DNA from: a virus
Reading direction: 5' to 3' (one strand)
Virus genome (UHGV): UHGV-1363746
Length of the DNA stretch: 47,250 bases
Part shown: in pieces, positions 10,132 to 19,083 of the stretch
Layout of the letters: the number at the start of each line of letters is the position of its first letter
How positions within the stretch are numbered: the stretch's first letter is position 1
Translations under genes and position numbers: made by a program
The notes under the pieces: generated by a model
What the model saw: only the letters and a program-made list of their open reading frames with translations
Told to the model about the DNA's origin: nothing
The model's database searches: none

Positions 10132-10399
10132 ACCAGTAAACCTCTTTTTCAGCTTTGCGTTTTGCTTTATTGTCGGTCTTCTCGCCCCACACGATGAAAT
10201 GCGCGACGACACATGAGAAGCAGCGAAGGTTGTGTTTCTTCAGAAGCGTTGATTTGCGGAACGAGTCAATGCCGATGTCGGCGGCAAGGCTTGTCAGCGC
10301 ATCAAACTGATTCTGTGTTGTCTCAGTGGTGATGTAAGGCGATATATCTACAGCATCGTTAATTCCAAACGTCTCCATGCCGCGTTGCGATAGTTTCAT
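10121..10399 (-). pseudogene. truncated GH24 (T4/P22-type) lysozyme remnant
   Basis: QNQFDALTSLAADIG..FRKSTLLKK.NL matches the C-terminal half of P22 gp19/T4 e-type lysozymes. The N-terminal catalytic region is missing. It keeps its own RBS (GGGAGG) and ATG. Confidence 0.5.
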
Positions 10400-10442
10400 T
10401 CTGCCTCCCGTTCAAATAATGATTAATTCTATCACAATGGTA

Positions 10443-10482
10443 TTGACGTAGATTGAGTGGTAGTGCATAGTATCTACATCAA
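10443..10482. promoter_or_regulatory. early promoter (TTGACG-N17/18-cATAGTAT) embedded in an inverted repeat
   Basis: The palindrome TTGACGTAGAT-N18-ATCTACATCAA lies immediately upstream of the GAGGTGA leader of gene 10504. Confidence 0.5.
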
Positions 10483-10503
10483 ACGGTGAATGAGGTGATG
10501 AAG

Positions 10504-10818
10504 ATGAAAACTAACAATAGAGAAGAGTTAATTAAACTACTGGAGTTAGCGAAAGAAAAAGGCGCATTGAAGTCAATTGATGATTTGAGCTTGCGCGATA
10601 TACGCATAGAGACCCCTGATGGCGCAAGATTTCGTATTGAGTGGTATTGCAATCTATGCACACTGAAGAACGCTGGTTTTTCAATGTGGTTTGACTGCAT
10701 TGAATTTACGCAGACTCACCCATGCTTCCTGAATGAGGTCAGGTTGTCATATCAAGGGGTGGTAACTGGCGTTATCGGTAAGCCACTCGGCAATTTAACA
10801 AAATCATTCGAGGTGTAA
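10504..10818 (+). CDS. hypothetical protein
   Basis: Leader AATGAGGTGATGAAGATG. 104 aa. Confidence 0.5.
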   Translation: MKTNNREELIKLLELAKEKGALKSIDDLSLRDIRIETPDGARFRIEWYCNLCTLKNAGFSMWFDCIEFTQTHPCFLNEVRLSYQGVVTGVIGKPLGNLTKSFEV

Positions 10819-10820
10819 TT

Positions 10821-10964
10821 ATGGTAATGGTCAAATTCAAAGAAAGCGGACGCTGCGGAGTGTTCGGCCTTGAGCAAATCAAAATCCGTCCGTGCGGTAA
10901 ATTGGTTGCACCATTTGGTCTGGTGCAGATGCGTGAAGTTAAGATTGTTGAATATATTAAATGA
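10821..10964 (+). CDS. 47-aa hypothetical protein
   Basis: RBS GAGGTG. Product MVMVKFKESGRCGVFGLEQIKIRPCGKL... Confidence 0.35.
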   Translation: MVMVKFKESGRCGVFGLEQIKIRPCGKLVAPFGLVQMREVKIVEYIK

Positions 10965-10972
10965 GGTTGGTG

Positions 10973-11314
10973 ATGAGCAAGAAAAGCGTATTGATTGAAA
11001 TTAGCGAAAACCAGTGCGGTGGCTACTCCCTTCTTATTGGTGATGAATCATCTGGACATCGACTATGTGGAGCTAAGGTCGGTGGGTGCGAAACGCTGGA
11101 ATCATTTGATGTTGATGTTTCTGAGTTAGTTAGTCAGATCGATATGTATTCTGGCTCTCGTTACTCATCACAACCAGAGCTACTATCAGCACTCCAGCAA
11201 CTACTGGAAATCTACGACGACCACTCCGGAAAAGTCTGGACAACATCAAGCAAGCGTCGCGCTCTTGATAATGCGCGCGAGGCGGTTAATAAAGCATTGG
11301 GAGAAGCGAAATGA
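10973..11314 (+). CDS. hypothetical protein
   Basis: RBS GAGGTTGGTG. 113 aa. Confidence 0.45.
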   Translation: MSKKSVLIEISENQCGGYSLLIGDESSGHRLCGAKVGGCETLESFDVDVSELVSQIDMYSGSRYSSQPELLSALQQLLEIYDDHSGKVWTTSSKRRALDNAREAVNKALGEAK

Positions 11315-11946
11315 AACTTATCGACCTGTTAGTTAAAGAATTACCTAAGCGTGGCGGGTGGCCTAAGGATGCGGAATACTGTCATCCAACACAATACGAT
11401 CGCCACTGCTTAACTATTGTTTTTTCCCACAGACAAGTTGGCACAGGAAATAATTTAATAACATCAAAGGAAGAGATGGTTTTTTCTGGTATTGGTTACC
11501 TTGGCGATACATTGTATGGGTGCATAGTTACAGCTAAAGAATACGAATCAGCGATATCGGCTTTGCAAAAGCCAGCATGGAACGGCGAAGGCCTGCCGCC
11601 AGTTGGTGCAAAAGTAGAATTCTTCATTAATCCAAAGTTAGGATACCGCAATGCCTGGATTCCTGATGCCGGCACTGAAATGGAAGTTGTGGCGCACAAG
11701 ACAACAACGGACGGAAACGATGTGGCTGTTTGCTATTGGGATGAAGGTGGTGCTGGTCGGTCATACTGCTTAGTACCGGAAAGCCTAAAACCACTTCGCA
11801 CAGAAGCAGAAAGGAAGCGCGATGCAGCAATAGAGGCAATGCAGAGGGAGTCTGATGAGGGTGACAACTGGATTTATAGTGAATACGAAATTATTTACGA
11901 CGCCATTGCGGCAGGCAAAATTCCCGGCGTGAAACTGGATGATTAA
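11311..11946 (+). CDS. hypothetical protein
   Basis: 211 aa, ATGA-coupled to its neighbour. No recognised domain. Confidence 0.5.
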   Translation: MKLIDLLVKELPKRGGWPKDAEYCHPTQYDRHCLTIVFSHRQVGTGNNLITSKEEMVFSGIGYLGDTLYGCIVTAKEYESAISALQKPAWNGEGLPPVGAKVEFFINPKLGYRNAWIPDAGTEMEVVAHKTTTDGNDVAVCYWDEGGAGRSYCLVPESLKPLRTEAERKRDAAIEAMQRESDEGDNWIYSEYEIIYDAIAAGKIPGVKLDD

Positions 11947-12022
11947 AACAATATTCAGCGTCGTAGAGATATTGTGCTATGCGATAATAATATTTGTTCT
12001 GTGTATGCTGATAAGATAAAAC

Positions 12023-12050
12023 AAAGCCCTCAGTTAGAGGGCTTTTTGTT
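12023..12050. terminator. rho-independent terminator closing the plus-strand island
   Basis: aaagccctcagttagagggctttttgtt. Confidence 0.55.
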
Positions 12051-12986
12051 AGCTGATTGCCATAATTCACGCTGCTTATCAAGTCTTTCCCGTGATGACT
12101 CAAGAATAACTGGTTTACCATCCATGAGTAATGCTGGTGTCTGGGCGCAGTGGCAATTATATCTATTGCCATTCTCGCTGTAGAACGTGTCAATCTCTTC
12201 TGGCGTATAAAACCGTCCGTGTCTGGCTGCGTGCGTCTGGCGAGTTGTGCGCATCAATGCCGACTGCCACAGCATCACCGTCTCAATGCCTAACTCCTCG
12301 CGCGCCTCAATGACTTCCCGCCTGTTAGCCTGCCGTAGCGTTCCGGTGATTTCAGTCTGCGCTAACTGTTTCGCGTAACTGTGAGACACATCAACGCGCT
12401 TGACAATGTCAGCTTCAACATCACGAGGATTAGCACCACGGGCAATGCCCTCCATGATGACGGATGCCAGTTGCTGCCGGGAATAATCACTCAATCCGCG
12501 CCAGTCTGAGTAACCTTGCGTGTACGCCAGTTGTAGTCGATTAAGATAAGGCTCACTGTAGAGTATCGCAGCAATCGGTCGCTGTTCAGCATAAACCGGA
12601 GACAGACTTGACAGTTCCGAGTTAGCCTTTTGTGTCCCAGCCTGATACGCATCGCCGATGAACACATTAGCCCACATTTTACCGTGACCGAAATCATCAC
12701 CTTCCAGAAGAATCTCGTCAATCAGTGCCTGCAACTCATCCATGAACGTAGCAGCACGTGCACTGCTGAAATCATAGAAGTACAGGCCGCTTGATTCTGC
12801 GTTAGCCTGACTGCTCGGAATAGTGCGGAACAACTCAAGAGCACGAGTCCTGAGCTGTTTGTATTTGCGCGTTATCACCTTATCCATTTTTGACAGGCGA
12901 GTCGCAGCGCCTAACGGGTCTGTCAGGCTCTGCGATATGCGCGGCTGTGGGAGTCTGGCGTTAAACCGGAGTATCTTCATTGTCAT
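12030..12986 (-). CDS. head morphogenesis protein (SPP1 gp7 / Mu F-like)
   Basis: C-terminal region [22 protein letters not shown]...NCHC is typical of the Mu F family. Starts at MTMKIL and overlaps the portal stop. Confidence 0.6.
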   Translation of the reverse strand: MTMKILRFNARLPQPRISQSLTDPLGAATRLSKMDKVITRKYKQLRTRALELFRTIPSSQANAESSGLYFYDFSSARAATFMDELQALIDEILLEGDDFGHGKMWANVFIGDAYQAGTQKANSELSSLSPVYAEQRPIAAILYSEPYLNRLQLAYTQGYSDWRGLSDYSRQQLASVIMEGIARGANPRDVEADIVKRVDVSHSYAKQLAQTEITGTLRQANRREVIEAREELGIETVMLWQSALMRTTRQTHAARHGRFYTPEEIDTFYSENGNRYNCHCAQTPALLMDGKPVILESSRERLDKQRELWQSANKKPSN

Positions 12987-14373
12987 CTTCCGGTGGTGTG
13001 TCTTCGCGGTAGCTTTCATCAAGCTCAATCGGCTCCATGCCAACCATGCCGCGCGCTTCATCCACGGTAAGCAACGCAGATTGACCAGCATCAAAGAACG
13101 ACTTGTTCGCAGTGGCGAGCTTAGACAGCAACTCCGCTTTATCCAGTTCAGATGGGGCGAGCAGGTCATCCCACTTAACCTTGTATCCGTTTGCTGGGGC
13201 TTTATCGACAATGCCGAACTGAATCATGCGCTCAACGAACATTGAGATGACATAATCAACCCATGTTTCACGACGTTGTTTGGCGGTCATCGCCTCCTGC
13301 ATCTTGTCTTCGTCGCTTGCAAGGCGTCCAGTTTGCTGACCAAAGATGACGGTGAAAGGAAGCGCCATTGATGCGGCGAACTGGTTGGCAGCAACTTCCC
13401 AAGTGGGTTTAGGGTCAGCCGGAGTTACGGATAACACCTGAGTCTCGGCACCCATACTAAATAGTGCGGCGTCAATGCCAGAATTCAGCATCTCGATATT
13501 GTCATTCATGATGTCAATAAGCTCATCCTGAGATACACCCATCGACTGAGCGAGACTTGCTGGCGTTACGTTATCCTTCGTGTAGTTTACCGCCAGTTGG
13601 CGACTGGCATTTTTCAGGAATCCTTCTGCGGAACTACCGGAAACTTTTGCCATGTCGATAAGGCTGTTGTAGCCAGCACGCAGCATCGGGATGCCGCTGA
13701 ACATACTGCCATCAAAGCTACCCTCAGCCAGAATAATGATGCGGTCAGGGTGAATCTGCACTGAACGCTCAGGCTTGCCGTCACTGTCGAAGTCCTCAAC
13801 GGCGCTTTCCTGGTATTCGTACATCTCAGGCATACCGTAGTCTTCGCTGGTTTCGTCGTTATTCCACGCACTGACGCGGAGTTGCTCTTCCCATATGGGA
13901 ATGAAGCGAACAATGGATTTATCTTTAATGCGTCGGGTTTTGGTGATGTCTACCGGCTCACTCCATTGCTTTCCATCACGGATTTGCAGGATAACAGCGG
14001 AGTATCTGTTGATGGCGTTGCGCTTGTCAGCCTCTTTGATGAACGGATAGGCGCGCTTCATCATGTCGTTGATGGACAACTCCCACGGCGTTGAGTTCTT
14101 ATCATCCTCGCCATCTTCGACCACTTCAGGGTATTTCTGCCAGCATTTATTAATAATGCGGTTAATGCCAGCTGCGGCGGCTGGATGTCGCTCATAGGCA
14201 TAGCGGAACATCTCAGCGGTAATTTCCTGTGGGTATCCACATTCCGTCCAGAGACGATCGTGCTTCTGGTCAAGATTCTTCCCACCAGCACAAAGCCGCT
14301 GCTGCTGAATCGCCCGGTTATTGTTCGCCACGCGGTCGCGTATATAAGCGTTTAATGCATCAATTTTGGACAT
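12961..14373 (-). CDS. portal protein
   Basis: 470 aa, located between TerL and the Mu-F-like gene. Acidic C-terminus. Sequence is portal-like. Confidence 0.6.
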   Translation of the reverse strand: MSKIDALNAYIRDRVANNNRAIQQQRLCAGGKNLDQKHDRLWTECGYPQEITAEMFRYAYERHPAAAAGINRIINKCWQKYPEVVEDGEDDKNSTPWELSINDMMKRAYPFIKEADKRNAINRYSAVILQIRDGKQWSEPVDITKTRRIKDKSIVRFIPIWEEQLRVSAWNNDETSEDYGMPEMYEYQESAVEDFDSDGKPERSVQIHPDRIIILAEGSFDGSMFSGIPMLRAGYNSLIDMAKVSGSSAEGFLKNASRQLAVNYTKDNVTPASLAQSMGVSQDELIDIMNDNIEMLNSGIDAALFSMGAETQVLSVTPADPKPTWEVAANQFAASMALPFTVIFGQQTGRLASDEDKMQEAMTAKQRRETWVDYVISMFVERMIQFGIVDKAPANGYKVKWDDLLAPSELDKAELLSKLATANKSFFDAGQSALLTVDEARGMVGMEPIELDESYREDTPPEDDNEDTPV

Positions 14374-14388
14374 ATGTCACCAATAAAA

Positions 14389-14418
14389 AATCCCATCACG
14401 TTGGATGGGATTATAGCA
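14389..14418 (-). promoter_or_regulatory. terminator hairpin overlapped by an extended -10 promoter (TGcTATAAT) directly upstream of portal
   Basis: Minus strand reads TGCTATAAT then the stem cccatccaacgtgatggg then TTTTTT. The -10 overlaps the 3' arm of the stem. Confidence 0.4.
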
Positions 14419-14432
14419 TGGATGGTATATGG

Positions 14433-14630
14433 CTAAACCTTATACGGGTATCGCTTTCTGAACTTGCCAAGTCCGCAAACCACATTGTATGGCATACCGT
14501 AATTAAAATGAACCTGATAGCCACCACCGGCACCAACGACATTAACAACGGTTACCACTTCGTCTCTGTGGTTTTTATATTTACCACCAACCATCTCGCT
14601 CCTTATGGTATTTAGTGATTTGAAATGCAT
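14433..14630 (-). CDS. hypothetical protein
   Basis: 65-aa ORF, Gly-rich. Confidence 0.35.
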   Translation of the reverse strand: MHFKSLNTIRSEMVGGKYKNHRDEVVTVVNVVGAGGGYQVHFNYGMPYNVVCGLGKFRKRYPYKV

Positions 14631-14640
14631 CGCTCCACCT

Positions 14641-14802
14641 CTATTTCAAACATTGATACAACAGAAACGGCACGACGCCAGTTACCACAGCGAAACATGA
14701 ACCAACTATAAAGTGAATCCATCTCGGTTTATTCACTGCGGCAGCCATAGCCCACCAGAACATAAAGTTCAATGGAATCCAGAACGACCAGAATAGTGCC
14801 AT
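14641..14802 (-). CDS. 53-aa predicted membrane micro-protein
   Basis: RBS GAGGTGGAG. TGATG overlap with the upstream gene. Product MALFWSFWIPLNFMFWWAMAAAVNKPRWIHFIVG... Confidence 0.4.
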   Translation of the reverse strand: MALFWSFWIPLNFMFWWAMAAAVNKPRWIHFIVGSCFAVVTGVVPFLLYQCLK

Positions 14803-15023
14803 CACTCCACCTCGTCATCAACGAGCGTTCTGAACCATGCGGGGTATGACTTCGACCCGAGTTTATGGTCAATCTTCTGAATGTAACGCGCCGCGTCATC
14901 CAGTTTGTCGGAAATATAATAAAGCGACTTTCTTGCGCCAATAAGCATGGCAGCGAATATCAGCATCACAATCAGGTGCGGGTTGATGATGCAGAACAGT
15001 ATTGTTTTGACAGCTTTCATCAC
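14802..15023 (-). CDS. predicted membrane protein
   Basis: 73 aa with two hydrophobic segments. Confidence 0.45.
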   Translation of the reverse strand: MMKAVKTILFCIINPHLIVMLIFAAMLIGARKSLYYISDKLDDAARYIQKIDHKLGSKSYPAWFRTLVDDEVE

Positions 15024-15208
15024 TCCACCTTTTCGAATTTATCGATTACGACTTTGATGCCTTGAGATGTTAAAGACGACACCATATCATCACGCCAGAA
15101 ATTCTCTAGAGCATCAACTGCATTGGTGGCGACTATCACTCCACTTAACTTTTCTGCCGCGCAGTCATTATTAACAAAGACTTCAGCGTGAATAAAATAA
15201 ACGCTCAT
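15020..15208 (-). CDS. hypothetical protein
   Basis: ATG at 15208 gives MSVYFIH... Confidence 0.4.
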   Translation of the reverse strand: MSVYFIHAEVFVNNDCAAEKLSGVIVATNAVDALENFWRDDMVSSLTSQGIKVVIDKFEKVE

Positions 15209-15375
15209 CACTCAATCTCCTCACCATTTACCCAGCGTTGCAGGACTTCGATAAGCTGCGCGGCTTGGTGTTTGTCAATAATAATAGTGTCATGACCCTG
15301 AGTAATCATCGGGTCAGAATTGAAATCAACCGCTATTGCGCACATTGGAGTTTTGGTTTCGCCTTCAATAATCAT
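15208..15375 (-). CDS. 55-aa hypothetical protein
   Basis: ATGA and TGATG overlaps with its neighbours. Product MIIEGETKTPMCAIAVDFNSDPMITQGHDTIIIDKHQAAQLIEVLQRWVNGEEIE. Confidence 0.4.
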   Translation of the reverse strand: MIIEGETKTPMCAIAVDFNSDPMITQGHDTIIIDKHQAAQLIEVLQRWVNGEEIE

Positions 15376-15863
15376 TTCATCCCCTCACCATGCTTAAATT
15401 GATATGTTTTAACATTAGAGTCAGTAAACGCATCCAGTGCTGATGCGGTGATGACCGCCTGTTCTGCGGTCTGACCAAGGTACATTGCGGTCATGGCAAA
15501 ATCGCGACCGCAACCAGCGGCAAGCGGAGGCGTCACCGGATAAACTGCCGGATATTTATTATCGGGCATCTTCTGAATGGCGAAGCAGTTTCCTTTGGCT
15601 GTAAATACCCATTGCGTAAAACTTAACTCTTCTGGCATCTCCATGATGTCATTCACTGCCAGCCGCATAAACTGCTTTGCGTATCGCTCATCACCTGCCG
15701 TACCACTACCAACAATCAATACTGCCAGCTCACCGCAAATGAAAAATGCGTCGCTGGCATCCAGCACAAAAGATTTCTGTTGGTTAGCCATAACAAGGCT
15801 TCCAGCAGTGGCCTGGCTATCATGCGCAATAGTAATCCCGTCCCATGCAATTGTGGTCATCAC
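15372..15863 (-). CDS. HslV/proteasome-beta-like Ntn-hydrolase homolog
   Basis: N-terminus MMTTIAWDG..IAHDSQAT.G (Thr nucleophile after Met removal) and GSGTAGDERYAKQF align with HslV TTIVSVRR..GDGQAT and GFAGGTADAF. Confidence 0.5.
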   Translation of the reverse strand: MMTTIAWDGITIAHDSQATAGSLVMANQQKSFVLDASDAFFICGELAVLIVGSGTAGDERYAKQFMRLAVNDIMEMPEELSFTQWVFTAKGNCFAIQKMPDNKYPAVYPVTPPLAAGCGRDFAMTAMYLGQTAEQAVITASALDAFTDSNVKTYQFKHGEGMK

Positions 15864-16070
15864 TCACCCTCTCAAAAAATCATTCTTGCAGCAGATACCC
15901 TTATATCCACGCTTCTCTTGCAGGTTAACGAAAACATCATCCAGAACGCGCAGCAGGAAATCCTCGTCGATGTCATACCGACGACAAATCACCTCATCAG
16001 GCACGCCAGCCCGCGCCAGCGAATAAACCTGCTCTTTTTCCTCCTGTGTGAATCCTGCATAGCTGCGCAT
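15864..16070 (-). CDS. small HTH-like putative regulator
   Basis: 68 aa. EQVYSLARAGVPDEVICRRYDID is helix-turn-helix-like. First gene after the divergent promoters. Confidence 0.35.
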   Translation of the reverse strand: MRSYAGFTQEEKEQVYSLARAGVPDEVICRRYDIDEDFLLRVLDDVFVNLQEKRGYKGICCKNDFLRG

Positions 16071-16100
16071 AGTGATATCTCCGTTAAACCTGATGTAGAT

Positions 16101-16129
16101 ATACTATGCGCTCGATGTAGATTGGTCAA
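16101..16129 (-). promoter_or_regulatory. leftward early promoter TTGACC-N17-TAGTAT
   Basis: Minus strand reads TTGACCaatctacatcgagcgcaTAGTAT, upstream of the 68-aa gene. Confidence 0.5.
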
Positions 16130-16164
16130 GTGTGGTGGTGCAGATTTATCAACAATAATAAATG

Positions 16165-16193
16165 TTGACGTAGATATGGTGGTGGTGTAGATT
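16165..16193 (+). promoter_or_regulatory. rightward early promoter TTGACG-N17-TAGATT
   Basis: TTGACGtagatatggtggtggtgTAGATT. Extra GTAGAT copies occur at 16091-16125. Confidence 0.6.
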
Positions 16194-16228
16194 GGACTCA
16201 GTTGGAAATGCTTATGCGAGGTGATGGG

Positions 16229-16405
16229 ATGTTTGAAGCATACAAATCAAAAATGACTGGCAGCACATATCTCTTTGCACCAGCTAATGGGCTGATTTTT
16301 GTTCATCGTGATAAAGATAACATTGAAGCCACGAGAATGACAAAAGACGACATAGATATGTATGTCAGAAATGGAGTTATGGAAGAAGCGGAGTGTCCAG
16401 CATGA
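16229..16405 (+). CDS. hypothetical protein
   Basis: RBS GAGGTGA. Start at MFEAYKS. Confidence 0.45.
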   Translation: MFEAYKSKMTGSTYLFAPANGLIFVHRDKDNIEATRMTKDDIDMYVRNGVMEEAECPA

Positions 16406-16584
16406 GCCATACAAGACCAAGAGTTAACAAAAAAGTAAGAGAAGAGGCAATAGAGCACTTTAAAAGCCACCATGGAAATCACTCACACGAGGTGATTGTT
16501 GGTATAGATGTAGAGAAGATGAAAGAAACCGCAAAACACTACAAAGGAAGGGTTAATCTTGCGGATTATGGAATAGCGGAATAA
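16402..16584 (+). CDS. hypothetical His-rich small protein
   Basis: Overlaps the upstream gene. Confidence 0.4.
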   Translation: MSHTRPRVNKKVREEAIEHFKSHHGNHSHEVIVGIDVEKMKETAKHYKGRVNLADYGIAE

Positions 16585-16588
16585 GCAT

Positions 16589-16618
16589 AAGCCCTCGAAT
16601 GAGGGCTTTATTTTTATC
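16589..16618. terminator. rho-independent terminator
   Basis: aagccctcgaatgagggctttatttttat. Overlaps the TerL stop codon. Confidence 0.55.
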
Positions 16619-18038
16619 GTCGGCGACGGATTAGCATTCCGCTACCGCGCTGAACGATATGGTCATTGAGTGCGTAACGAACCGCATCCCAGTAGTGGTT
16701 GAATGCATCAACAATATCAGTCAGCACGTTCCCAGTCAGCTTGTCAACTTTGTAGCTGTACATTGCCGCTTCATTCTGCATTTCCTTGCATCGCTCGTGG
16801 ATGATGATGCTGTCGCAGCCGCGAAGCCACGTTACTCCATCCTCGACACTACCGGGCCATTTTGTGCATGGATGAATATCAAAACCAGAACGCTTGATGT
16901 GGCTGATGGTTTCCGGTCGAGCGCAGTCGGCATACCATCGTGCACGCTTAGCCATCGGGAATGATTGCTCCATCGCAGCTGGTGTATCGGTAATCTCAAG
17001 GCCAACCTTACCATATTCGCGATTAATATAAATGTTGCGCCGTCCACCTGGTAGTTCTTCGATGTAAACTTCAACCATTGCGGTAGGATCAGTGGAAAAC
17101 CCGAAGTCCATCCCGAAGTATGGGCCGTGCCATTCAGGTTTAACCTCAAAGTTATCAATGCGCCATTTGCCGCCAAAGACCTGCTCGTCACTGCGTTTGT
17201 TAAATTTCCCTTCCCATATCCACATATAGCGGTCGAAGTCGACGCGCTTCATTTGTTCCATCGCGGATGGCAGCGGTGTATCCCAGAACCACGGGTTGTC
17301 TGAATAGTTACATTCGATAATCAGAATTTCATCATTTTCGAATATGCCATCAACCATCTGCGAGTGATAGGGGGTAATCCAGTTCTTCCACGTCGGGTCC
17401 GTTTCCTTATTTGGGTTGAATGAGCACCACAATTCGGAATTGGCAGCACGGATGGTAGGTACAAGAATATCCCAGCTCGTCTGACTGACGTTCTCCGCCT
17501 CCTCTACCCAGCCGACAGTAATGCCAGCAAAACCTTTAACCGTAGTCTGGTTGCGATACAGACCCTTGAAGCGAAACTTCGCTTTGGTCTTCTTATGGGT
17601 TATTTCATTATTGATAACGCGAAACTCGGCTGACTCACCCTTGCGGGCTATCTCATCCACCAGTTCCTGATAGCTTGAGTCCTCAATGGACTGCTGAATC
17701 TCACGAAAGCAGGCGAAGCGGTCAGGTCGAAACCTTGCGCGTTCAGTAAGGATAGCGGTAATAGTTCTCGTCTTACCTGACCCGCGGCCACCGTAGATAA
17801 ACTTGAATCGCTTGGGGTAAAGCAGGCGCTCCAGTTTCGCCGGAATCAGGTGGTCAGCATGAGTGGTTACATTGGTCACATCATCAACGCCAGTAGCGGT
17901 CATCCTTAACCGTTTAATGACGTTCTTCTGCATATCGCAGATGCCAAAGATGGCTGACTCTGCGACATCTGTCATTGCATCATCAATCTGCGCTTCCAGC
18001 TTTTCTATTGCCAGCGCGGAGAGGCGTTTACGAGCCAT
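16614..18038 (-). CDS. terminase large subunit
   Basis: Walker A FIYGGRGSGKT, with an ATPase N-domain and nuclease C-domain. Start is probably MARKRLS at 18038. Confidence 0.85.
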   Translation of the reverse strand: MARKRLSALAIEKLEAQIDDAMTDVAESAIFGICDMQKNVIKRLRMTATGVDDVTNVTTHADHLIPAKLERLLYPKRFKFIYGGRGSGKTRTITAILTERARFRPDRFACFREIQQSIEDSSYQELVDEIARKGESAEFRVINNEITHKKTKAKFRFKGLYRNQTTVKGFAGITVGWVEEAENVSQTSWDILVPTIRAANSELWCSFNPNKETDPTWKNWITPYHSQMVDGIFENDEILIIECNYSDNPWFWDTPLPSAMEQMKRVDFDRYMWIWEGKFNKRSDEQVFGGKWRIDNFEVKPEWHGPYFGMDFGFSTDPTAMVEVYIEELPGGRRNIYINREYGKVGLEITDTPAAMEQSFPMAKRARWYADCARPETISHIKRSGFDIHPCTKWPGSVEDGVTWLRGCDSIIIHERCKEMQNEAAMYSYKVDKLTGNVLTDIVDAFNHYWDAVRYALNDHIVQRGSGMLIRRRR

Positions 18039-18178
18039 ATCGCGTGCGTCCCCATGCAATAATCCATCCTGATATCCAGAACATAAATGCGAATATGCTA
18101 CCAGCAAAATCTCCCGATGGCATAAAGGCGCTAATCATGCTCATGGCTATAGATGCCACAAAGCACCACGTAACAACA

Positions 18179-18625
18179 TCACGCATTCTGCTGCTCCAGT
18201 AATTTCTCCAGTCGCTCAAGGCGCGCGGCTAGTTCGGTTAATTCTTTCACGTCAAGACCAACCTTAATCATAGACACAACCTGAGACGCAACATCAATTG
18301 GAAGTTCACCACTTGAAACAGATTGAATAACGTCCTCTATCTGCTCAACTGGAGTAGCATCTTTGCGGTATTTAAAATTAACCGGAGGTGCCATACTCTT
18401 TTGCACGGGGCTGATGCGCAGGAATATTTCCTTCAGCATTTGCACGCCCTGAGTAGGATTTTCCTCAGTCATCTTGATTGATGTCCTGATGAATGCGTCA
18501 AGAAACTCCTCCTCTCCAAGCCCGCAACGCTTTAATGCTTCAATAAGCCTGTTTCTGTAGCTTAATCCTCTGCCAGCAGGCTGGTACTCAGAGGAAAATT
18601 TCATGACAGGGTTTGGGTTAGCCAT
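18179..18625 (-). CDS. terminase small subunit (putative)
   Basis: 148 aa immediately upstream of TerL. Helical DNA-binding-like N-terminus and a C-terminal coiled coil. Confidence 0.5.
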   Translation of the reverse strand: MANPNPVMKFSSEYQPAGRGLSYRNRLIEALKRCGLGEEEFLDAFIRTSIKMTEENPTQGVQMLKEIFLRISPVQKSMAPPVNFKYRKDATPVEQIEDVIQSVSSGELPIDVASQVVSMIKVGLDVKELTELAARLERLEKLLEQQNA

Positions 18626-18671
18626 TCTGTTTTCGTCTTTTCGTATTTCGATATCGTTAGTTTAACACAGA

Positions 18672-18706
18672 TAAAAAAGAACCCGCACAAGGCGGGTCAA
18701 AGGTTG
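18672..18706 (-). terminator. rho-independent terminator ending the leftward early operon before the terminase genes
   Basis: Minus stem acccgccttgtgcgggt followed by TCTTTTTTAT. Confidence 0.55.
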
Positions 18707-18743
18707 GGTGATGATATGAGTGAAAGCAATGGTGGTTATGCGT

Positions 18744-18917
18744 TTATTGTACACCATCATTATCACGCTTGCCAGCATGGCACCATGCATTTTCATTTCG
18801 AGTCTGCACATGAACGATTTCAAGCGCATCAGGGAATGTCTTTGCGACCTTCGCTATGAAATCGTCCAATTCGTGTTGCTTTGCGAGTTGCCAGACTTTT
18901 TGTTTAGTTGTTTGCAT
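18744..18917 (-). CDS. hypothetical protein
   Basis: Start at MQTTKQKVWQLAKQHELDDFIAKV. Confidence 0.35.
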   Translation of the reverse strand: MQTTKQKVWQLAKQHELDDFIAKVAKTFPDALEIVHVQTRNENAWCHAGKRDNDGVQ

Positions 18918-19083
18918 TAGCAAAAGCCCTCGTTGAGCACATGCACTTAATGTCATGCATACCATTGTCAGGCACAACCTCAATGCGATTGCCGAGCTGC
19001 ACCATCATGTAGTGACATGTCTTCATGCTATTCCAGTAGCGTTCCAACATGTTTTGCATTGCGTCGCTTATATCGTTAAACAT
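18904..19083 (-). CDS. 59-aa Cys/Met-rich hypothetical protein
   Basis: Start MFNDISDAMQNMLERYW. Overlaps its neighbours. Below the ORF-track cut-off. Confidence 0.3.
   Translation of the reverse strand: MFNDISDAMQNMLERYWNSMKTCHYMMVQLGNRIEVVPDNGMHDIKCMCSTRAFANANN

Noticed and set aside
15577-16190. Plus-strand ORFs 15577..16026 and 15780..16190
   Set aside because: Antisense to the HslV-like/HTH operon and overlapping the divergent promoter region. Ser/Arg-rich junk-like translations.
18028-18219. 63-aa hydrophobic minus-strand ORF bridging the TerS/TerL junction
   Set aside because: Alternative-frame overlap with two well-supported genes. No independent RBS.
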